The position numbers and the translations under genes were made by a program. DNA of 63,981 bases, counting the filler, from Octopus bimaculoides (taxonomy: Eukaryota): NCBI RefSeq assembly GCF_001194135.2. It is 5 parts of 5 records of this genome, joined end to end, with 100 filler letters (N's around TTAATTAATTAA, not from the genome) between each part and the next. Parts side by side here need not be neighbours in the genome. Positions count along the whole stretch, not along the records: positions 36,596 to 40,124 come from NC_068996.1; positions 40,225 to 62,442 come from NC_068998.1; 3 more parts are not named here. One strand, written 5' to 3'. Within the stretch, counting starts at the first letter, position 1. Each line of letters opens with the position of its first letter. Shown one piece after another: positions 38,683 through 50,834 of this stretch. The notes below the pieces were generated by a model, which saw nothing but the letters and a program-made list of their open reading frames with translations, was not told where the DNA came from and did no database searches.

Positions 38683-39557
38683 AGAAATATTTTATTTTAT
38701 GAAATTTATTTTTCCAAAAACTAATGAAACATACAAAACAGAACGTCAAAGCTTAGGCGAAGCCGATCACAAACAAAATATACATGTCATTGAGAATTTT
38801 GGGTTTAAAAGCCAGATAGACTCCCCACCACCACCAGAGTCTTATTAAGCCCGTTTGAGAACCATTGCTCTAGATACAAGGTGGGGAAGGCGGAGAGAAA
38901 CGGATGGTTGGTGAATACATAGACATCTAAAACATTTAGGGAAAGCGTTGTACAAAGGAGCCGGCCATCCTCGCTTGCGAGTGACGGCCAAGAGACTTAT
39001 ATAAGCATACAATACTCATATACGTTCCTACTCTCTCAGTCACTGTCTGTCTTTCTCTGCCTTTCATATACACGCCCACACACACAAACTCTCATACACA
39101 TAGGTACATACACAAACACGCACGCGCACACACACACACATACACACACACACACACACATATACGCACAGATACGTCAGGCACTCAAAATTATATTGAC
39201 TGAGACACAATTATTGAACACAGAAAATAAATATTTGACAGAGTGGTAAGAAGGTAGGTAGGTAGGTAGGTAAGCAAGCAGGCAGGCAGGTAGGTAGATA
39301 GGTAGGTAGACATTATAGATGGATGGATAAATATAGACAAGACTGACAGATAGACAAGATAGATACATAGATGTATAGACAGACAACTATATAGATATAG
39401 TTGTTATTTTACTTTTATTCTTTTGCCGAACTGCTAGGTTACAGGGTCGTAAACACACCAACATCGGTTGTCAAGCGATGGTAGGCGGACAAACACAGAC
39501 ACAAATACATACACACACAAATATATATATATATACAACGAGCTTCTTTCAGTTTCT

Positions 39558-39773
39558 TATTTCTTTATTGCCCACAAGGGGCTAAACATAGAGGGGTCAA
39601 ACAAGGACAGACAAAGGGGTCAAGTCGATTACATCGACCCCAGTGCCTAATTGGAACTTAATTTATCGACCCCAAAAGGATGAAAGGCAAAGTCGACCTC
39701 GGCGGAATTTGAACTCAGAACGTATGGACGGACGAAATGCCGCAAAGTATTTCGCCCGTCGCGCTATCCTTTC
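39558..39773 (-). mobile_element. family B-related SINE nested in a family A SINE, 17-bp TSD
   Basis: agcttctttcagtttct (39541-39557) and agcttctttcaatttct (39774-39790). Confidence 0.8.
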
Positions 39774-39957
39774 AGCTTCTTTCAATTTCTGACTACCAAA
39801 TCCACTCACAAGGCTTTGGTTGGCTCGAGGCTATAGTAGGAGATACTTACCACGCAGTGTGACTGAACTCGGAACCATATGGCTGGTAAGCAAGCTTCTT
39901 ACCTCACAACCAGATAGATAAAAATAAATATGGATAGAGAGATTAAAAAGAAAGACA

Positions 39958-39992
<35 letters not shown>

Positions 39993-40326
39993 TATAGATA
40001 GATAAATAAGGAGATAGATATCTTTTTATTATAGCCACACAGGGCTAAATACAGAAAATGGACAAATTACAAAGTAGAGCTTTGGGGGGGGGGTAATTTG
40101 GATCAAAAGGGATCGCGGGAAGAANNNNNNNNNNNNNNNNNNNNNNNNNNNNNNNNNNNNNNNNNNNNTTAATTAATTAANNNNNNNNNNNNNNNNNNNN
40201 NNNNNNNNNNNNNNNNNNNNNNNNTATATATATATATATATATATATGTTTATATAGATATGTACTTATATGCATATATATCTACATATAGATATATAAG
40301 TATTTATATATATGTATGTGCATATG

Positions 40327-40361
<35 letters not shown>

Positions 40362-41188
40362 ACTTTTTTGTTGAAATATTGGTCCATCGTAACACAAAGA
40401 AATAGGTTTACAAACAAGAATAATGATAACTGGATACCTTGTTAAATTTGGATTTTCAATGAGTGGAGCACAAATATATGTTTGAAGTTATTGTCATATC
40501 AATTAGCAAGAGAATAATTGAGACACTTACCAATTAAGAGAAGCAGAATAAACGCAGTAATTTTCATATTGATTTTTCCTTTTTACAGCCGATTCGTTTT
40601 GGTACATCAGTCTTAAATGTGTCTTACTTTGTTTTGAAATATAACGCATCAGATGTTGCATCTTGGACGTTTATTTATTATGAACTCTTTAAATATTTAT
40701 TCTACACGATGAAATATCGTGTTTGCACGTCAGCTATTTAGAATTCATATGTATAAGAAGAAACGCTTCTATAGATTTTGTCTTTTAACATATGTATTAA
40801 ATAAAACGTTAATGCCCAGCTTGTACCTCCAATGCAAAGGCATACACGAGGTCATACGCACAATACACATTGTTTCATATTATCCATCTTTTTTAGGTTA
40901 GGTTCGTGGCCCTGCACGACTTATGCAATTGGTTCTGTTTCTGGATTACCGTTAATGATTAATGACTAAGGAAGATTGATACCTCTCTCAACGAAACCGT
41001 ATATGGCATGATCGGGCATTCTTTTAGGATATATTACTGATAAATTGATGTTTATTGAATCTATACTCTGAATTTTAGGTTTCTTCGGTTTTTAATACAC
41101 ACACAACTGCTACATATCTGTTTGAAAGGAATCTTTGAGAGGAATGTGACAAAGCCAGTTAGGCTGTTGAAGTGTGTTGAAGTATGTT

Positions 41189-41268
<80 letters not shown>

Positions 41269-41289
41269 CAGACACGCACGTATTTATAT

Positions 41290-41539
41290 GCATATTGGAC
41301 GTCTATGGAACGATATATCGAACACTTGGTTTAAACGTGCCGATGTTGCACGCTCGCAGCAAAAATCCGCACGTAAGAACATCATTTTTGGCCAGAGTCG
41401 GAGAACCTATGCCGGACAGGTACACGGCGCTTACTCTGTAATCGTAGTTGATACCTGTACTAAGTGGCCGGAGGTTTGCAAGTGCGATAAACCAACCACT
41501 AACACACCTGTAAATTTCTTATATGAATTCTTTGCGTAA
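41290..41539 (+). mobile_element. decayed Ty3/Gypsy integrase fragment
   Basis: YAGQVHGAYSVIVVDTCTKWPEVCKCDKPTTNTPVNFLYEFFA resembles the (F/Y)AGP..G..YLIVVD..SKWPEV integrase core start. Confidence 0.8.
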
Positions 41540-42551
41540 TGCACTGACCCTCAAACGCTTGTTTCCGACGACGGAAGGTAGTTCTCTGGGTATGATTTTA
41601 AGAACGTCTGTAAAAGGTGGGGGATATGGTCTGAGAAAGATTGTAGTTCCGCCTTGTTGATGAATTTGCTCTGTTAGGGGCAAATATTGCAGATGTTATT
41701 GGTATTGTCTATGATGCGGTGGTACTTAATATTGGTGTATTTTTTTCTGTTTAATTGAACTTCTTCCATTGTTATTGTTGTCCGGGCTTTCGACATTGCA
41801 ACTGTAAATGCGGAAGTAAATTTTTAGATGTGAGCGTGTGGGAGGGTGAATTCGCGTGTGAATATCTGTGTGAATGATTAATCATGTGCCATTAATATTT
41901 AGGTCTTGTAATTGCTGTAAAAACCATCATTAGAAAAAGTTATTTGAAATTGATACACTTGTAATAGATGGTGGATATCCAGCAGCAAAATTAATGATTA
42001 ATCTTGCATCATTTAACAACTAGTGAATTGTTCAATCGATGAACCATTATATATTCTTTCTTCACATTGTGTGAACTATCAACGACTATGTCTACTTCAT
42101 TACTTCTTCTCTTCATTTGTTGACCGTGTACACATCCTATCCTCTGGAAACACATTCCATTTAAATACATGGGTAACATACGCCTGCTCGTGCTTGTGTA
42201 TATCTTCGGGTTAACTTAGCAATCTGGTTGTTTCAGTTTGAATGTTCGCATGTGTAATATGTGGAAACAGTTTTTAATCTTCTCACTGGAATTTGTGTTT
42301 ACTTTTGTATTTCGTATGTGTGTGTGTGTGTGATACTTTGTCGTGTCTTTTATTTCTGACATTACTGCTCTTTGTGATTTATCATGTCTCTCATCAACGA
42401 GCGTCTAATAATAATCCGCCGCATTAACAGTAGCGATGTTGATGTTCCTGTTCTAATCTCACATATTAATTGAAAGCTTGAGTGAAATACATCATATTGA
42501 CACACGTGCCTTATTTGTTTTTTGATTTTGATTCTGTCTGTATATTGCATG

Positions 42552-42582
<31 letters not shown>

Positions 42583-44384
42583 NNNNNNNNNNNNNNNNNN
42601 NNNNNNNNNNNNNNNNNNNNNNNNNNNNNNNNNNNNNNNNNNNNNNNNNNNNNNNNNNNNNNNNNNNNNNNNNNNNNNNNNNNNNNNNNNNNNNNNNNNN
42701 NNNNNNNNNNNNNNNNNNNNNNNNNNNNNNNNNNNNNNNNNNNNNNNNNNNNNNNNNNNNNNNNNNNNNNNNNNNNNNNNNNNNNNNNNNNNNNNNNNNN
42801 NNNNNNNNNNNNNNNNNNNNNNNNNNNNNNNNNNNNNNNNNNNNNNNNNNNNNNNNNNNNNNNNNNNNNNNNNNNNNNNNNNNNNNNNNNNNNNNNNNNN
42901 NNNNNNNNNNNNNNNNNNNNNNNNNNNNNNNNNNNNNNNNNNNNNNNNNNNNNNNNNNNNNNNNNNNNNNNNNNNNNNNNNNNNNNNNNNNATATATATA
43001 TATATATATATATATACATTTCAGTATTTTCTAACGAGCGGCTGTGCAGTTCTCCAGTTGTATAGTACCAATGAAGGTATTCTTTTAAAGCATATCGAGT
43101 TTCTTTCATTATTTATCCTATACTTCGAGCCGATTCCACGAAATATCTTATTTCAGGGTTTCTTTATTGTCATGCCATGTAAAATCTTTGGTACACTTTC
43201 TCTCTCATTTCATCCTTTATGTGTATGTTTCTTTTCCAGTTTATGTTTCTAACGACGCATACACATCAACATTGACAAGAGTGGAATTTTGTTAGAAAAA
43301 CAGGTAGACAATACATTTTATTAAATTATGTCTTTCTCGGTATAAATTTGAGATGTGTAACGAATTACGCAAACGGCTGAAAAGATACAAACGGTGAAAA
43401 CTTACAATTTTACAAATACGCAGAAGTGAAGTTTCTTCTGTTAGCAACTTTAATAAATGCCACCAATTGAATAAGTTTATATCTTCAAAACTACTACATT
43501 CACACAATTATACATATATTTGTATTTTTATATACATACACGTTCATATATATATATATATATATACACAGTCCTTCAACACACACACACATACACACAT
43601 ATATATATATATACACATTCGCGCACACACATACAGTCGCGGCCACATTAAAAGTATTACAATTGGCATAAAAACGCGTTTATCTACCAATAATATTATC
43701 ACTAACAATATATGAACATTTTCTTGCTTGTGTTTTAACGATTCGATTATTTTGAAAAGTGTCACGTGTAGATATCGATTATTCAAAATTTCAGAACGTG
43801 TGAAACTTATATGAAAGAATAATACTCATTTGTTAATATTTTCCCATTACAACACGTTTTAAATATTTAAGCTTGTTCTACAATTGTGAATTACAGAATA
43901 ACGCATGCATATCATTGTTTCAGCACTGCATTTACTTTTGCATTAATAATTGAACCACGAGTGAATGAAGGAATACTGCTTGTAAGGAGATCTGGAATGA
44001 GAATTGAAAAAAAGGATATATATATATATACATGAATAAATCTTGAATCCACGTATATTCAAATTAGTTTGACGTGAATTATACAAGAAACTTTTTGATT
44101 ATATTCCTCCTTTCATTACCAAATGTGAGATTTAAAAGATCTGTGACGTACTTGCTGATGTTGATTCGGTTTAAAAGCTAGAAAAATTAAGGCTGTACCA
44201 GGGTGTCACAGACTAGTGACTTCAATGCGGTGCACTTTTCAGAAGAGACACCGGGTTCAAACTTTCAGTAGGAGATGACTAACTTATTTCTTGCTGTTTC
44301 TCTCAGGCGAGGTGTGTTGGTTATGAGGCGAGGCAATCGGTGTTATGTTATAGCTGTTCAATATACAGGACAAATACAAATATT

Positions 44385-44540
44385 CTTTTCTACTTTAGGC
44401 ACAAGGCCCGATATTTTTTTGTGGGGGGAGCGGGCCTGCCGATTTGATCGACCTCTGTACGCAATTGATACTTAATTTATCAACCACGAAATGATGAAAG
44501 GCAAAATCGACCTCGGCGGGATTTGCACTCAGAACGCAAA
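44385..44540 (-). mobile_element. SINE family B fragment
   Basis: gatgaaaggcaaaatcgacctcggcgggatttgcactcagaacg. Confidence 0.8.
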
Positions 44541-46275
44541 GGTCCAATACAAATATTACAATAACTTCCTTCACCTTAACGTAACTCTTCAAGTCTTATC
44601 GGAAGGTGTATCACCTTCATTATTAATTTCCCCTTGACAAAATGTTGCGAAACGTACTATGAATTTAACGTCTGCATATTAATGAGATTTCGAATTCCTT
44701 ATTTTAGAGGTATCTTAGTTATTTATATAATAATATCAAAATAATTATGTAATTAGTAATAAGTGTATTGATATTGTAATATTCCCGTAGTCTTTAACTC
44801 GTAAAGATCCCATGTTATTGGACCGCTATGTAATAATAAATTTTTTTAAATGTTTGAATCCGTGTTGCTATGATGTTATTTTAATAATGTCAAAAGCATT
44901 CTGTATTTATATTTATAATAATATTCCTGAAGAAAGTACTGAAGTGAAATGGAATTCGGTCATAGATATTACACTATAAAGAGGTTGCTGGAGGAATTGT
45001 TAGAATGAAATCACTTACCTTAACGCTGGAAGGCTTGCCTAGGTTCTAAAAAGAAATAACATATATCTTGAAAAATAAAGAATTTTACAAACCTGAACTT
45101 AATCTATCTACCCCCCCCCCACATACACATATATATATATATATATTTATGTATGTATTTATATGTATTTATGTATATTCTAAGGAGGTGGATATAAAGT
45201 TTATGATGCTAGATCTCTTAAGAGAAAAATGCAACTATATTAGGTCTTATACTACCTGTAATTCTAGCTCCAGCAATATTGTAGATTCAATAGGAATGCA
45301 TGAAAACATATGCGGCGCTGCTTTTTTGAAAACTATACCTGGAAAATCGATTCTCAGGAATGGCACTAATACTAGAGAGTTATGTTTGCTAAAATTTAAT
45401 TTTTCGTTTAATTTTGAATAGTCTCTTTCTCTTTACAGACAATTAGTTAGGAGGGAGTTCATAAAATGTATTTAATGAATTAACGAACTTCATTGAATTT
45501 CCTAGTGATACATGAGCTTTATAAAAATGGAAGCCTTCTGGCGGCGTTTCGAAATATACACTACACCAGTCACAACCACAAATAACGAAGCGTTTTGTAG
45601 TGACGCCTGGAGCTTTAATTGAAGCCTTTTGTTCGACTTAAAAATTAAGTGTAGTAAATTATCTTGTTTCCGTGTTAAATAAAGCTCACATATATACTTC
45701 ACAGCAGTTATTGTCTGTTCACGAATTTTCATTCACATCTAGATGTATCGATTCGACTCATGATGATAGAAAACATTCTGAAGTGTTTTCTGCTATCAAC
45801 GTCAGCAGTATTATCTAAAACTTGTATGTATGGTATATTGTTTCTGTATTGAAAAGTTAATAGCGATGCAAAAGGATGTCAGTGCTGTCAGGATTAATTA
45901 AATAGTACAGACTGTTTATTTTTCCTACGCATACCTCGCAAACAAATTTAAAATATATCACGAGGATAAAAGTTAAAAGTGATCATTGGTCAAAATTCAA
46001 AGATATTTCAAGGCGAATTCTAAGTCTGAACGGCAAAATACTTCGAGAAATTCTATCAATTTTGTAATGACAAGATAACTTACGACGCATCTATGATGGC
46101 CTTCAAACACTCTATAGCAATAAGGTGTGACGTAATAATAAAAGCATTCCAGAAAACTTTTGTAACCGCTGGAAAAGAAAGTTAATGAGGAAATTCATTT
46201 GCAAGTTAGCCACCGAAATATACAGAACACGGATACGCGCACAAAATGCACACGCAGATAAATACATGAATATAC

Positions 46276-46326
<51 letters not shown>

Positions 46327-46519
46327 NNNNNNNNNNNNNNNNNNNNNNNNNNNNNNNNNNNNNNNNNNNNNNNNNNNNNNNNNNNNNTGTATTTAAGGTC
46401 GCTGGAAGCCACTTCATGCGTCCACCGGTAGAGTAGAGTCGTTCTACCATGTGGTGCGTCTTTGTTTTACAGTCTCGCCCCTGTTCGGCGATTTTGAGAT
46501 GGCTAAAGGAAAGAAAAGC

Positions 46520-46680
46520 TTGCTTCCGTGACCATATTTCGAAGGTCATCACTGGTGACGAAAGGTGATGCTAAGGAATTCACAGTTGATGAAGAGGTGA
46601 AGAAAAAAGTAGATGGGGCGTTAAAGCGTATAATTTCCTACGAGTTCCACCAATGCTTCGATTTGTGGAAAACACTATTT
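46520..46680 (+). mobile_element. internally deleted mariner transposase remnant
   Basis: DHISKVITGDE (first catalytic Asp motif) directly followed, in another frame, by EFTVDEEVKKKVDGALKRIISYEFHQCFDLWK (mariner C-terminal pattern). No TIRs found. Confidence 0.6.
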
Positions 46681-48186
46681 TATATTGAGAATATGTTGTC
46701 TATTGACTTTTTATACATGCTAGGCCACTAGTAGTGAAATTTCCACCCCCCCAAAAAAAACAAAAAAAATCACTACCATCTATATATTTTACGTATATAT
46801 ATGTATATCTATAAATTAGATTATGTAAAGGCTTTCAGTTGAGCCATACCTTTCTTAAGTTAGCTGCATTGCTTCAGCTTTCGCATGATATATTGTGGTA
46901 CAGCTGTGGTTGCGTAATGGAAGTCTGACCTCAATTTTATGTCTTGTGTTACAGTCTTTCCCTTCTCGACAGTCCAGATCTCATCTCTACATCTATTGCG
47001 TCTACTGGAAACTCATTGACGAGATCGACGATTGGCAACATTCGAAGAAGCATCGGAAGCTGCGCAAATAAGCAAAAACAGTCTTCACCGATGGATCAAG
47101 CTATTTGTGGCCCGTTAGAAGAGGTGCATTGAAAAGCAAGAAAATTATGCCGATAAATACCATTCGATTCTTTGTAATAAATTATAGAAACAAGATTTTA
47201 TTTAGAAGTTGATAAATTTAGTTGTTATATTAATACTAGTATTTATATGGAACATACTTGCAGTTGCCACTCTTTCTTTTATAGGCATCAAACTCTTTGG
47301 GGCACACGGTTTCTGCTACGCCTTCGCATGCTGTGTCCCAGCCACCGGTTACAACACCTAAAACGTGAAAAATTCCTACTTTATTCTTAAATGCTTCACA
47401 ATAGGGAAATATTACATTGTTAAATACAACTCTGACGAAATAATATGAAGATGATTTACTGCTATTTCCAGTAAATATTAGTACATTGTTGTACCACTAT
47501 CCTACGTTTATATATATCTGTGTGTGTGTGTGTGTGTGCGTGTGTGTGTGTGCGTGTGTATGTGTGTGTGTGTATTTTTGCGCATAATGAAGATGTGAGG
47601 AATGGGCAGATAAACTATTAACATATGTATATCAGAATAGATTTCTAGATAAATTAATAGATAACCAATTAGGTAATGTAATTATCAAAATATCTACTTA
47701 CCAAATATAAGAAGCAAAATATATATGAAGAATGCTATCAAGGTTTTGTCGCCCCTCATATTCCACGTCTGATCATGTATATGTGAATACGTCACATACA
47801 ACATAATTTATATTATGTACTACACATTGATGTAACACCTGCATTTCCTAGAAGAACACTATGTATAAATTTCATTTATGTTATTTTCCCTGCTTTTGTT
47901 TTAATTATTTGACAATTCATATTTTTATGTCTGACAAGTTTTATGTGTATGGAATGATATATTTCAATCACCGTGTATAAATTTTTGCAAGGCCTGCGAC
48001 AATTTCATACTCTCTAAATGCACAAAGCATAGAACTTTGGTAGATGTACCTATTCAAAGGAACGATTTAGTAATATGACAGTATATTATAGTTGAGATAC
48101 ACGAAATTTCAAAAATACATTCAATTTCATGTAATTCAATAAACAGATACGACCAAACCGACGTTACTTAGTACACATTATTTATG

Positions 48187-48222
48187 ATAATAATAATAAT
48201 AATGATAATAATAATAATAATG

Positions 48223-48299
<77 letters not shown>

Positions 48300-48302
48300 A
48301 AT
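48187..48302. repeat. (TAA)n microsatellite
   Basis: Directly visible. Confidence 0.95.
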
Positions 48303-49048
48303 AAACAGAGGGGTTTATCATAGCAGCCCAAGATCAATATCAGAAACAGAGGGGTTTATCATAGCCGCCCAAGATCAATGCCTACCTATACAGAACTACC
48401 AGGCCAACATGTTAAAGAACGGCAGCTCCCCATTATGTCGTATATGCCAACAACAAAATGAGACCATCGATCATGTTGTCTCCATGTGCAGTTTGCTTGC
48501 GCCTACAGAGTATCTCAACAGGCATGATAGAGCTGCACAATACATTCACTGGGTAATTTGCAAAAACCTGGACTTGCCCCATAATAAAAACTGGTGGGAA
48601 CACAAACCACCCTCAGTACTTGAAACTGATCACATCGCACTCCTCTGAAACTTCACCATTCAAACTGACAGGAAGATAAATGCAAATAGGCCAGACATCA
48701 TACTGAAAGACTTCAGACAAAAATCATGCCTCCTCATTGATATGACTATCCCAATCGATATAAACGTATCGGTCAAGACCTACCAAAAACTGAGCAAATA
48801 TAAAGATCTTGAAATAGAAATTAGCAGAATGTGGAATCTGAAGACGAAATCAATACCTATTGCCATAGGTGCCCTGGGAATGACAGCGAAACGGGCTGAT
48901 TACTACTTAGCTCAGATACCAGCAAACCCCAAAATGGCTGAAGTTCAAAAGATAGTGCTCATGGGAACTGCCCATATCCTACATAAAATACTGTCTATAT
49001 GATCTCAAATTTTAAAACAAACACACAAGTTTCTTATGGTTTCTTAAA
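48303..49048 (+). mobile_element. 5'-truncated R4/Dong-like non-LTR retrotransposon: CCHC knuckle plus PD-(D/E)xK endonuclease, one premature stop
   Basis: One frame 48341-49002: ETEGFIIAAQDQ...CRICQQQNETIDHVVSMC...RHD...LL*NFTIQTDRKINANRPDII...IDMTIP...KLSKYKDL...GTAHILHKILSI*. The TGA at 48646-48648 replaces a likely Trp. Confidence 0.9.
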
Positions 49049-50834
49049 NNNNNNNNNNNNNNNNNNNNNNNNNNNNNNNNNNNNNNNNNNNNNNNNNNNN
49101 NNNNNNNNNNNNNNNNNNNNNNNNNNNNNNNNNNNNNNNNNNNNNNNNNNNNNNNNNNNNNNNNNNNNNNNNNNNNNNNNNNNNNNNNNNNNNNNNNNNN
49201 NNNNNNNNNNNNNNNNNNNNNNNNNNNNNNNNNNNNNNNNNNNNNNNNNNNNNNNNNNNNNNNNNNNNNNNNNNNNNNNNNNNNNNNNNNNNNNNNNNNN
49301 NNNNNNNNNNNNNNNNNNNNNNNNNNNNNNNNNNNNNNNNNNNNNNNNNNNNNNNNNNNNNNNNNNNNNNNNNNNNNNNNNNNNNNNNNNNNNNNNNNNN
49401 NNNNNNNNNNNNNNNNNNNNNNNNNNNNNNNNNNNNNNNNNNNNNNNNNNNNNNNNNNNNNNNNNNNNNNNNNNNNNNNNNNNNNNNNNNNNNNNNNNNN
49501 NNNNNNNNNNNNNNNNNNNNNNNNNNNNNNNNNNNNNNNNNNNNNNNNNNNNNNNNNNNNNNNNNNNNNNNNNNNNNNNNNNNNNNNNNNNNNNNNNNNN
49601 NNNNNNNNNNNNNNNNNNNNNNNNNNNNNNNNNNNNNNNNNNNNNNNNNNNNNNNNNNNNNNNNNNNNNNNNNNNNNNNNNNNNNNNNNNNNNNNNNNNN
49701 NNNNNNNNNNNNNNNNNNNNNNNNNNNNNNNNNNNNNNNNNNNNNNNNNNNNNNNNNNNNNNNNNNNNNNNNNNNNNNNNNNNNNNNNNNNNNNNNNNNN
49801 NNNNNNNNNNNNNNNNNNNNNNNNNNNNNNNNNNNNNNNNNNNNNNNNNNNNNNNNNNNNNNNNNNNNNNNNNNNNNNNNNNNNNNNNNNNNNNNNNNNN
49901 NNNNNNNNNNNNNNNNNNNNNNNNNNNNNNNNNNNNNNNNNNNNNNNNNNNNNNNNNNNNNNNNNNNNNNNNNNNNNNNNNNNNNNNNNNNNNNNNNNNN
50001 NNNNNNNATATATATATATATATATATATACCTACGTAGCTATCTCACTCTGTCAGTCTGCTTCTCACTTCATATAAATATATTTGTGTGTGTGTATGTG
50101 TGCGTGTATTTATGGTCGAATGGAGAATCAAATAAAATACGTGTAAATGAACACAGATACCAGGTTTATGCATATATAAACTAAATTTGAGATAATATGA
50201 TTGATAATATTATCTAATTATAGATCTATCCTCTTACTAAATGTTGGAAGCAAAAACAAAATGTTGAATTTTCCGTCATCTTTTCTCATATTCCACAACC
50301 TATATTACAGATGTCGCCTACACAAATATCTTTCTTGCACACTTCTAAATAATGTAACACATGTTTTGCCTAACTTCACACTATGTGTTATCTTAATTTA
50401 TTTGTCTTTTTAATGTCACTGTTGTTGATATCTTATATCTTATATGGTACATCCGACATTTTAAATATATGTATAAATTGATCTATGTGAATTGCAAAAA
50501 AGATATATTTCATATTTCATATAATCTATCATGAAATTCGTGTGATAAGCACTGCAACGATTACATGGCCGTTAAAGGCATAAAGGAGAGAATAATCTCT
50601 GCGGTTTCTGTTGGGAGAGCAACCGATTACATTTTTTTTCTTTCCAGTAGAGCGATTAGAATTGTTTTCTATAGATGATTGGTTCGTGTGGTCTGTTATC
50701 CCCATTGAAGGAATGGTGATGAAGAGACATGTTAAATATGAAACTGAAATATGACGTATTATTTTTAATGTAACTCGGAAACGATTACTATTTCTACTAC
50801 GATAGTACTGTTTGTAAACTATATTGTAGTTGAT

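Noticed and set aside
43406-43490. Another 85-nt phase 2-0 minus-strand exon candidate
   Set aside because: Poor acceptor and no sequence similarity to the paralog exon; probably coincidence.
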